Source: a virus
Virus record (IMG/VR): IMGVR_UViG_3300027797_000016
Span: 41,060 to 105,059 of that record
Length of the DNA: 64,000 nt
Direction: 5' to 3' (one strand)
The notes under the pieces were generated by a model. That model was not told where the DNA came from. It made no database searches and saw nothing but the letters and a program-made list of their open reading frames with translations. Below, piece by piece: positions 55,496-64,000 of the stretch (position 1 is the first letter of the stretch; each line of letters opens with the position of its first letter). Made by a program: the position numbers and the translations under genes.

Positions 55496-58400
55496 TTACC
55501 TTTGTTCAAGACCATCTTGAGAAGGATCTTCATCTCCACCTCCTCCACCACCATAACTAGAAGATCCAATTTCGATAACTGGACCAGGAATCATTATAAC
55601 TTCTGGTGCAGGAACAGGAAAATCATAATCTTCTGGATTTTCGGTGAATCCATCTTCAGTATATTGACTTAAGATGGATATTAAACTATCAGCAGCATTT
55701 CTTCTTTGACTTACTGTTTCTACTTTATTAATAATATCATAAAACTGTCTTCCAAATCCAGTTTTAGGTAAAACAGAGTCTGCATCAATAACATATTCTC
55801 CTGGGTGAGTTAGTGCATAGTCAGTTTTATTTACAGGACCACCTTCTTCATATGCTACGTGAACGTGATCACCATGACTACCAGACTCTGGAGTTCCCGG
55901 TTTTCCATAAAGAAGTTCTACAGGTTTAACATTATTTTTTGTGTTAAATTCTTTAACTTTTGCTAAAATTTTCACTTGATCTTCTGGCCAATATCCACCA
56001 ATATCAACCGCACGATTTACATTATGCCAGGACCGATAAGATCTTGTAAAAGATCCCCCAAAATCAGGATGTTCAGTTACCTTACTAAAATCTGGTCCAG
56101 ATTTTAAAGATTGATACATATATCTTCCAAGATCACCCGCAATTTTAGTTCCTTGTACACTCCTTCCATATTTTCCACCAGTTCCCGAATCAATTTGATT
56201 TTCTTTTCCCTTCATATTAGCAGAAGATTCTTCCTTTGAAATGGAAACAGATTGTGGAACTGCAAGAGCACGATTTCCTGCTGTATTAAAATAATGATTT
56301 TTATATTTAGAAACATTTACATTTTGTGAAGGATCATTAAAAGCAGCACCTGTTCTAAATCCAGTTGAGGCAACTAATTTTTTGATTGATGCATCATCAA
56401 GACCTTCACTTTTTAATGCAGTCATTAACTCTGATGGTTTTTGTGCAAGTGTGATTGCATCTTTAGATTGATTAATTTGAGAATCGGATAACTTTTGATT
56501 AATTCTACCATCAGTTATTGGAGAAAATTGTCCTCTTCCATTAATAACATCAGATATACTACCACTTTTAGCATTAAAAGTACCAGCACCAACCTTACCA
56601 GATTGTATTAATCCGGCACGATTTAAAATGGATCTTGCAACAAGAGCCATTCCAGTTTTTCCTTCTCCCCCTGCTTCAGCATAAACCATTCTTACAAACA
56701 AATCCATTTCACCTGCAGATATAGAAGCATCTTGAATTCCTTCCGATCCTGCACCAGGTTCAGCGCCAGCACCAGCATCTTTAACTAGTCCTGGACCAGC
56801 ACCAGATTTAAGCATAAATTGTTCTTTTAAAGATTGTAATATTTGATTTACCGGATCAATCATACTTTTTCTTATAGAATCTCTAGCCCAACTAAAAATA
56901 TCAACAAATCCAAGTTCATCTGCTAAAGATTTTTTTGTTCCTGGAACTAAAGTTCTTCTCAATATATTAATAAATAAACTGTTTGTTGCTGCTGCAAGTG
57001 AATTGTAATCACCCTCTGATGAACCATTACCCATAATTATTTTAATGGGCATCTGTAAAAATGGTTTTAAAAATTCACCAGAAGATACTACATTATATGA
57101 ACTAGTTAAGTATTCGTATGAGTTTATGTATTGAGGATCTTCTGGATTTAGAAAAAATGTTTCTATATTAGAACTTTTTGTTGGTTCTTTTGTATCGGGA
57201 TCCACATAATTCATCTGCCCACCAATACTTGCTCCTGGGTTTAATGGAGACATTGGAATTTCAAATGTTCTTGATATTGCTTTTTTACCTCCAGATCTAG
57301 TAATTACACCACCAATTGCTTCTTGACCTTCTCTGGTAACTGCACCACCAGAAGCATACCCCATTGCCTTTGTTGCACCACTGCCATACAAACTTCCAAA
57401 AGAACCCTTTTCTTTTGCAAGAGTTCCTAAACTTAAAGTATTCACTACCTCTCTAATTTGTTCTCTTATTCTTGCATCAAGTTTTCCAAGATTTTCTCTT
57501 TGTTTTTTAATTCCACTAGCATCACCAGTTAAAGACATTATACCAAGATTAACCAACTCTCCCAAATATCTAAACGGAGCACCAATAATATCCAGTAATG
57601 TTCCAACTCCAGTTGAAACAAAATTAAAATATCTAAGCCCAGGAAGAGCAGCATTGTAAGCAACAAGTTTGAGTGCTCTTGTGATTGGGTTTTGATCTGA
57701 GTTTGCCTCCTTTAATTGGTATGCAACATCATTTTCAAGTTTTTTAGTAAATTTTCTTTGCTGAAATGATAGTTCTCCTAAAAGTGAAGATGCAAGTCCA
57801 ACAAGTAAAACAACACCAGAAGCCTTTGCAGCACCACCAATAACACGACCTGCAGCTTGAATAGATGCTCTAAATCCTTGTCTTTTTTTTATTTCTCCTG
57901 CAACTGTTTCTCCAATTTCTCCAATAGCATCCTGACTAGAATCTGCTTGTGCCTTTAACGAAATTAAGTCTGAGAATAACATCCCAGCAATCACCATAGT
58001 GTTTATAACTTTGTTGGTCATTCCCAACATTTTTTCATAATTTTTAACACCAGAATCACCACCAAGAATTTTTGCTTGTTGTTTTCCAAAATCAATAATT
58101 CCATATACTTTGTCTATAAAAGTTACCATTGCATTTAAAATTGTTCCTGCAAATTCAACTGCAAAGTTACCAACTTTAAGAGTGGTGATTAATAATCCTT
58201 TTAGTTGTGGTAGATACGGTAATAGTTTAAGAGCTAGTGATCCAAATAAGACGGTGAATAAAAAATTCTTTACACTATCAAGAAATCCAAGACGTGGAGT
58301 AGAGAATCCTTTTATCTTACTTCCTCTATCTTTATATTTTTCAAGAGATTCTTCAGTTTCTTCTCTACGAAGACTTTCTGTTAGTTTTATTTTTTTCTTA

Positions 58401-58507
58401 AATGCAACTTCCTTAAATTTATTTTTTTTACCTACAAGTTTTTCTACCTGAATAACTTGTTTTTTAATTATGAAAGCAGTAGGATCTTTTAGTTTAATAT
58501 ATGCCAT
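55496..58507 (-). CDS. Tape-measure-like virion protein with SleB/Hydrolase_2 and putative Zn-peptidase domains
   Basis: RMVYAEAGGE...VARSILNR; SWH...AVDI...HGDHVHV. Confidence 0.75.
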   Translation of the reverse strand: MAYIKLKDPTAFIIKKQVIQVEKLVGKKNKFKEVAFKKKIKLTESLRREETEESLEKYKDRGSKIKGFSTPRLGFLDSVKNFLFTVLFGSLALKLLPYLPQLKGLLITTLKVGNFAVEFAGTILNAMVTFIDKVYGIIDFGKQQAKILGGDSGVKNYEKMLGMTNKVINTMVIAGMLFSDLISLKAQADSSQDAIGEIGETVAGEIKKRQGFRASIQAAGRVIGGAAKASGVVLLVGLASSLLGELSFQQRKFTKKLENDVAYQLKEANSDQNPITRALKLVAYNAALPGLRYFNFVSTGVGTLLDIIGAPFRYLGELVNLGIMSLTGDASGIKKQRENLGKLDARIREQIREVVNTLSLGTLAKEKGSFGSLYGSGATKAMGYASGGAVTREGQEAIGGVITRSGGKKAISRTFEIPMSPLNPGASIGGQMNYVDPDTKEPTKSSNIETFFLNPEDPQYINSYEYLTSSYNVVSSGEFLKPFLQMPIKIIMGNGSSEGDYNSLAAATNSLFINILRRTLVPGTKKSLADELGFVDIFSWARDSIRKSMIDPVNQILQSLKEQFMLKSGAGPGLVKDAGAGAEPGAGSEGIQDASISAGEMDLFVRMVYAEAGGEGKTGMALVARSILNRAGLIQSGKVGAGTFNAKSGSISDVINGRGQFSPITDGRINQKLSDSQINQSKDAITLAQKPSELMTALKSEGLDDASIKKLVASTGFRTGAAFNDPSQNVNVSKYKNHYFNTAGNRALAVPQSVSISKEESSANMKGKENQIDSGTGGKYGRSVQGTKIAGDLGRYMYQSLKSGPDFSKVTEHPDFGGSFTRSYRSWHNVNRAVDIGGYWPEDQVKILAKVKEFNTKNNVKPVELLYGKPGTPESGSHGDHVHVAYEEGGPVNKTDYALTHPGEYVIDADSVLPKTGFGRQFYDIINKVETVSQRRNAADSLISILSQYTEDGFTENPEDYDFPVPAPEVIMIPGPVIEIGSSSYGGGGGGDEDPSQDGLEQR

Positions 58508-58511
58508 TTTT

Positions 58512-61457
58512 CTATGCTCTCAACTCCAACATATCTAGTTCCCAGTTAGATCCAGAACTACCACCAGATGATCCACCATAAGACTTGGATTCAATATAAG
58601 TTGGTGGTCCCTGAATTATTATAGGATCAGAGTTCTCAACAATCATTTCAGGTCTTTGTTGGTCTATTTTTCTTCCGGTATATTTACTCAAATGTTGCAT
58701 CAGTTGAGAAGATTTTTCAGATCTTTGTTTTTTATTTTCAATTCCATTAATCATACTAAAGAAAGAAGTTCCGCCAAACAAATCAACAGAATCCTTATCA
58801 ATTACATATTCTCCTTCGTGCAGTTGTCTTATACCACCAGATAAAGTAGAACCACCAGTCATACGAGATCCAGTAAAAGGAGATTCTTTACTGTATTTTG
58901 ACAGTGGATTAAATCTAGACAACACTGCAGATTTATCTCTTCCAGTGTCTCCTGGTTTTGTTGACGTTTCCCAGTGAAGGTGAGGAGCAGTAGATCTTCC
59001 AGTGTTTCCAAGTTCTCCAAGTACAGTTCCTTTTTTTACCTTTTGTCCTTTTCTTACAAATGCAGGTTTATTCATGTGTGCATAAAAATGTGCTATACCA
59101 GAAGAATCTATCCAATTAACATAATTTCCATAACCACTCTGTTGTCCAACAGATTCAATAGTACCGTCTGTAAAAGCTTTTAAATGTTCTCCTGTGTTTC
59201 CAGATATATCTACTCCCATATGCATACCTGGAGATAATGCAAGTGATCGGTTTCCCATACCTGAAGTAACGATATGTCCTCCGGCAGGTTGATTTGCTGA
59301 TGGTGCTAAAGAAATGGGTTCAATTTTAGTAAAAGTTCCCTGTTCACCTTTTTCAAGTGCTGCAAGAATTCTTGCAGATTGTTTCCAACGATCACCTTCT
59401 ACTCCCCACCCAATGTATTTGTATGAGTCAGATTTTAATTGATCTTCAGTTCTATTTGGATCCATAAACTCATCAAGTAATCCATATTGTCTAAGTTCTT
59501 CTTTAATCCATCTAACTTGTTCAGCATTACTTGCAGTTTCTAATGGTTTACCTAAGAATTTCTCTCCATTAACAATTCTTGAACGGTTCCAACTAATAAG
59601 ACCTTTATTAGTTCCAGCACCATCATTTAAAACCCAAGGAGTTCTTTGTCCTTTCCATGCCGATTCTGCTTGAACATTTCCAGCAAGAATTGCCGCAGCA
59701 AGCATAGGAAATCCTTCTGCCATGAACAATCTTGCTCCACCAACTGCATCAGTGGCATCTCCACCACTAGAACTTTCACCATCTTTTTTAGTTGTATCTG
59801 CACCTTCACTTGGTTTTGGTATAAGTCCAACTTGAATTTTTAGTAAATTTATAATACCACCAAGGGGCATACGCATAGACTTCATTAGAAATCCTGATAT
59901 TTCTCTATTAAATTGTTTAATATTAGTCAAAGAAGAAAACTTTTGATATGCTCCAGGGTTTGTTTCATATAATCCCAGTAACATAAAACTACTTAATGAA
60001 CTAGATGCTCTATCATAATCATCTTTTGTGACTAAATCTCCCAATAATGTTTTAGCCGTAAGAGCAAATACTGAACCCAAATCAGGAATACCACTAATAG
60101 TATCATAAGAACTAACCATATAACCATAACGATCCATTTTAGATTTATCGTCTCTAGAACTAGGAAAAACTTCAGCAAAACGTTCTTCACCACCAATAGA
60201 AGCACCTGGTTTTGTAGATTTTTTTTTAATATCTTCACCTCTAGGAATATCAACTTCCTCTACTTCTGTTCTTGAAATATTAACAGGTCCACCAGCAGCA
60301 TATTTTCTAACAGATATTACTTTTCCTCCACCACTATATCCCATATCTTTAACAGCTTTCTTACCATATAAACTTCCAAAAGATCCAGGAGTTGATAATT
60401 TTTTAGCAGTATCATTTTGACCGAAGAAAGTAAAAACGGGTGCAAAAACTCCAGCAAATCTTCTTATATTTTCCCTTACTCTTGCATCAAATTTACCAAG
60501 ATTTTTAGCCTGCTTTTCTAATCCATCTTTCATATTAAACATTTTCATAAATCCAGCACGTATCAACTCAATACCATATCTAAAAGGAGCACCAAGAATA
60601 TCAAAAATAGTTCCAACTCCCTCTAGAATACCAAGAGGAACCTGAAAAAATTTGGATATTGGCCCAAAACCGATTAATCCTTTTGCCCATTTTGTTAACT
60701 GAAATACACCCTCACCAGCAGCAGAGAAAAGTAATCCAGCACCGATGATAATTCCAGCAGATGCTAGAGGACCTAGTGCTGCTTTTCCTGCTGCATTAGT
60801 TGCTGCATTTGATGCAGCACTTGCAACCTCACTTGATATATTACCTTTAATAGCATCAGCACTCTTATTAAATATTGATGGAGCACTTCCCATACTTGCA
60901 AATGGACTAAAATCACTGAATAACATTGCAGCAATGAAAAGTTGATTCATTACTTTGGTGCTTTCACTAGTTGCATTATCTAAAGCTGAGATTGCTTTTT
61001 CACCACCAATTTTTCCTACAATTGTTCTTGCGTGATCATATGCTTTATATCCATAGTCAACAAAAGTAATTAAACCATCTAATATTTTTCCACCTATATC
61101 AAGAATAAAATTTCCAACTTTTAAGGCAGTAGTTGCAAATTGTATGAGTTGTGGAAGATATTTTAATAATCTTAAAGCAATAAACCCAAGCAAAACATTA
61201 ACTATAAAAGTTTTGAGACTATCCAAAAATCCCAATCTCTTACCCACTACATTCTTAATACCTCTTCCTAAAGAACGTAGAGGTCTTTCTAATACTTTTT
61301 CATAATCAATAAATCGTTCTCTTTCCGCATTTGACCGATTTAAAGTAATTCTTTTTTTATGAACATTAAGAGTGGATTTAAGTAGTTTCTCCTTACTAAT
61401 AAACTGCTTCTTAATAGATTGTAAGGTTCCTGTTAAAGGAGAAATTATTTTTGCCAT
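58512..61457 (-). CDS. Tape-measure-like virion protein with phage tail lysozyme and M23 peptidase domains
   Basis: AAAILAGNVQAES; HMGVDI...YAHM...GNTGRSTAPHLHWE. Confidence 0.8.
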   Translation of the reverse strand: MAKIISPLTGTLQSIKKQFISKEKLLKSTLNVHKKRITLNRSNAERERFIDYEKVLERPLRSLGRGIKNVVGKRLGFLDSLKTFIVNVLLGFIALRLLKYLPQLIQFATTALKVGNFILDIGGKILDGLITFVDYGYKAYDHARTIVGKIGGEKAISALDNATSESTKVMNQLFIAAMLFSDFSPFASMGSAPSIFNKSADAIKGNISSEVASAASNAATNAAGKAALGPLASAGIIIGAGLLFSAAGEGVFQLTKWAKGLIGFGPISKFFQVPLGILEGVGTIFDILGAPFRYGIELIRAGFMKMFNMKDGLEKQAKNLGKFDARVRENIRRFAGVFAPVFTFFGQNDTAKKLSTPGSFGSLYGKKAVKDMGYSGGGKVISVRKYAAGGPVNISRTEVEEVDIPRGEDIKKKSTKPGASIGGEERFAEVFPSSRDDKSKMDRYGYMVSSYDTISGIPDLGSVFALTAKTLLGDLVTKDDYDRASSSLSSFMLLGLYETNPGAYQKFSSLTNIKQFNREISGFLMKSMRMPLGGIINLLKIQVGLIPKPSEGADTTKKDGESSSGGDATDAVGGARLFMAEGFPMLAAAILAGNVQAESAWKGQRTPWVLNDGAGTNKGLISWNRSRIVNGEKFLGKPLETASNAEQVRWIKEELRQYGLLDEFMDPNRTEDQLKSDSYKYIGWGVEGDRWKQSARILAALEKGEQGTFTKIEPISLAPSANQPAGGHIVTSGMGNRSLALSPGMHMGVDISGNTGEHLKAFTDGTIESVGQQSGYGNYVNWIDSSGIAHFYAHMNKPAFVRKGQKVKKGTVLGELGNTGRSTAPHLHWETSTKPGDTGRDKSAVLSRFNPLSKYSKESPFTGSRMTGGSTLSGGIRQLHEGEYVIDKDSVDLFGGTSFFSMINGIENKKQRSEKSSQLMQHLSKYTGRKIDQQRPEMIVENSDPIIIQGPPTYIESKSYGGSSGGSSGSNWELDMLELRA

Positions 61458-64000
61458 TATTTAATATTATACTGCTTTGCAGTTTTACTATTATCTTTAC
61501 CTCCAGGAATATTTGGTAGTTTTGTTCCTTTAGATCCTCCACCAGATCCTCTTCCGCCACCCATTCCACCACCCGCAGGATTATATACTTTTGGTGCTGG
61601 TTTTGGTGTTGGAGTTATTGGTTTTCCTTTTACAGGAGTTGTTGCAAGTCTTGCTTTTTTTGCTTTAGATGCAGCATTATAATCTTTATAGTACTTACCA
61701 TCAGATGAAGAATAATACCTACCAATAGATGAAGCACCCGCTTGTTTTGTTTTTATTGATGCTGCTTTGTCTTGTTGGTTTAGTTTTTCTATTTGATCTC
61801 CACCACCAAACATTCGAGTAAATCCTCTACCAATACCACCAAATATACCACCTCTTTTATCAAAGTCTTCTTTTTTAGATGCTCTTTCTGCCTCTCCCCT
61901 TACACCCAGACCATACTGTCCACTTCTTTTTGCATAACTCAATTTATCTAATCCTTGTTGTGATGCTAGTGAAGTCATTCTAGATTTTTTGGCTGCCTTC
62001 GCATCATTTTCATTCGCATAGGTTTTTTGATCAGAAGAAGAATAATATTTTCCTTTTGATGTAGCATAATCTGTTCTTGCTTTCATTCTGGGACCACCAA
62101 ATAATCCACCAGGTTGGAACATTCCACCGGACTCGTCACCACGATCCCCTAATCCACTCAACCCTCTTCTTTCAGATTCCTTTTGGAATAAATTTAGTCT
62201 TTCATTCGGGCCTGCTGCAAATTTAGTAGAACTAGATAACGACTGTTCTAATTTTAATTCGTCTTCAATTTTTTTCTTTAATTCTGTATCGGAAAGATTA
62301 CCTATTCCTATTCCCATTTTATTATACAAACTTCCTGTAGCATCCCCTAGTTGTGGAGCAAATATTTGTGCTAATGTGGTTAAAATAGTTCCGGCTAATC
62401 CACCACGACCTCCACGAATACGACCACCAGGTACATTCATATTTGTTTTTATTTGTTGTATTGGTGGTTTTACATTCGTAGAAAGTCCCGCCCCAGGAGA
62501 TCTCACCATTGAACTATTAGAAGTTGGTTTATAATTAACATTAACATTAGTTTTTACATTTGGAGAAGTATTTACTTTTGCTCCAGTTGGTGGTTTATAT
62601 AATCCTTTGTCAACTGCTCTTTTTTTAAATTTTTCATATGCATTTTTATGCTCTTTATTATTTGGATCATAAGAAATTTCTTTAAGATTTGATCCTCTAT
62701 TATAATTTGCAGCTGCCCGATAAATTTCTTCATCACCAACAAAACCACCACCATATGCGTGAATTCTTTTCTGAACAATCTTTGGTTTATTAGTTCCACC
62801 ACCAGAAGCATTCATTGCCTCAAGATTACTCACACCAAACTTTTGTACTGCTCCACGAGACATCACAAACTCACCATCAGTAAGCATCGCAGGAACTTTA
62901 TCAATACCTTTTGGTCCAGATACGACTCCAGGAACACTATTCAGTAGTCCAGCAAATCCACCAGATCCAAAAAGTTGCGCAAAGATACCTAACTTAGAAT
63001 CAACTTGACCACCAGAGGCAGCAAGCATCGTCTTAAAATCAATAAGACCCCCACCAAATGCTTCTGCGGTTGGTAAAGATGCTGGTTCTGGTACTGATAC
63101 TTGTGGAGCATCTCCTCCACCCATCATTTTACTTGCTACTAATGCTGTACCACCAGCAACCGCAGCACCAGTTAATAGTCTTGCTGCAAGACCTTTAAGT
63201 CCACCTCCACCACCAAGACCCGACATCAAGGCTCCTGCCTTTTTAAACTTAAGAGCAGACGCTATAGCACCTATAAGTTTTAATGTTATACCACCAAGAG
63301 CACCAACTGCTCTTAAACCAATACCAGCAAGATTTCTTACAACTCTACCAAATCCTGTACCAAAAAGTATATAACCCGCAACAAGAGCTGGCCACCAATC
63401 TTTCAGAAACCTAGCAATAGATCTTATTTTACTTTGATTTTCCTTTTTAGAAAACCAATCTATTAGATTTAATATTGCCTTTCCTAAAAATAAAGTAACA
63501 AAAAATTGTATAATTGAATCAAGAATATTTTTTACAGGTGCAATAACTGATTGGGCAACATTTTTAACTGATGCAAAACTATTTTCTAATCCAAGTTCTA
63601 TTTTATTTCTTTTGGCGTTTTCTTGATTTTTTCTTTCTTGATTTGCTTCTGCAGTAACCTGCGAATTTTGTTGAGTGAGAAGTTGAGTAATTTTTGCAAG
63701 AGATTTTGAAATATCTTGCAGTGTAGCAATATCCGCTGGAGCAGCAATTAACTGCTGTTGTGGTTGTGGTTGAATAGAAGGTCCAGGAGGTCCAGGAGGT
63801 CCTACTAATCCAGGAGGTCCAGGAGGTCCAGGAGGTCCAGGAGGTCCTACTAATCCAGGAGCAGAAATTAACTGCTGTTGTGGTTGTGGTTGAATAGAAG
63901 GTCCAGGAGGTCCTACTAATCCAGGAGCAGAAATTAACTGCTGTTGTGGTTGTGGTTGAATAGAAGGTCCAGGAGGTCCAGGAGGTCCTACTAATCCAGG
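61457..64000 (-). CDS. Tape-measure-like virion protein; 5' end outside window (frame is open upstream of 63229)
   Basis: Hand translation continues ...[14 protein letters not shown]...; [14 protein letters not shown]; collagen-like repeats. Confidence 0.8.
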   Translation of the reverse strand, partial: PGLVGPPGPPGPSIQPQPQQQLISAPGLVGPPGPSIQPQPQQQLISAPGLVGPPGPPGPPGPPGLVGPPGPPGPSIQPQPQQQLIAAPADIATLQDISKSLAKITQLLTQQNSQVTAEANQERKNQENAKRNKIELGLENSFASVKNVAQSVIAPVKNILDSIIQFFVTLFLGKAILNLIDWFSKKENQSKIRSIARFLKDWWPALVAGYILFGTGFGRVVRNLAGIGLRAVGALGGITLKLIGAIASALKFKKAGALMSGLGGGGGLKGLAARLLTGAAVAGGTALVASKMMGGGDAPQVSVPEPASLPTAEAFGGGLIDFKTMLAASGGQVDSKLGIFAQLFGSGGFAGLLNSVPGVVSGPKGIDKVPAMLTDGEFVMSRGAVQKFGVSNLEAMNASGGGTNKPKIVQKRIHAYGGGFVGDEEIYRAAANYNRGSNLKEISYDPNNKEHKNAYEKFKKRAVDKGLYKPPTGAKVNTSPNVKTNVNVNYKPTSNSSMVRSPGAGLSTNVKPPIQQIKTNMNVPGGRIRGGRGGLAGTILTTLAQIFAPQLGDATGSLYNKMGIGIGNLSDTELKKKIEDELKLEQSLSSSTKFAAGPNERLNLFQKESERRGLSGLGDRGDESGGMFQPGGLFGGPRMKARTDYATSKGKYYSSSDQKTYANENDAKAAKKSRMTSLASQQGLDKLSYAKRSGQYGLGVRGEAERASKKEDFDKRGGIFGGIGRGFTRMFGGGDQIEKLNQQDKAASIKTKQAGASSIGRYYSSSDGKYYKDYNAASKAKKARLATTPVKGKPITPTPKPAPKVYNPAGGGMGGGRGSGGGSKGTKLPNIPGGKDNSKTAKQYNIK
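63741..64000. repeat. Nested collagen-like GPP and [11 protein letters not shown] repeats
   Basis: aggtccagg 9-mers within three longer units. Confidence 0.9.

Noticed and set aside
1-64000. Stop-codon reassignment
   Set aside because: Long genes are intact in the standard code, and TAA, TGA and TAG all terminate coherent ORFs

Overview
A 64-kb segment of a T4-like myovirus, most likely a cyanophage (inferred from sigma70-type early promoters, T4-type late promoters (T)ATAAATA, a gp5-like hub gene, and small proteins I recognise from cyanomyoviruses). Essentially all real genes are on the minus strand. 1-17 kb: a hyperplastic early region of about 60 small, translationally coupled ORFs, punctuated by eight copies of a PeSL-like promoter-hairpin module. 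17-42.7 kb: fibre, spike and virion structural genes. 42.7-48 kb: three free-standing endonucleases, a Mom-like DNA-modification gene, tRNA-Thr(UGU), an intron-split tRNA-Leu(UAA) and a 2OG-Fe(II) oxygenase. 48-64 kb: baseplate hub genes and large tape-measure-like proteins with muralytic domains. Main unexplained signals: (1) a GIY-YIG and an HNH gene share a homologous module of late promoter, ~55-60-nt terminated RNA, second late promoter and mRNA leader; the small RNA is antisense to the leader through a covarying 7-nt 'address'. (2) Three spike paralogs have constant/variable architecture, and the synonymous G/T versus A/C skew in the constant blocks flips across each variable segment. 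(3) A group I intron at position 33/34 of an apparently chimeric tRNA-Leu(UAA) sits next to an HNH gene. (4) A 55-aa protein missing from the ORF track resembles the EF-Ts N-terminal domain. All functional calls come from motif recognition by eye; no searches were run.
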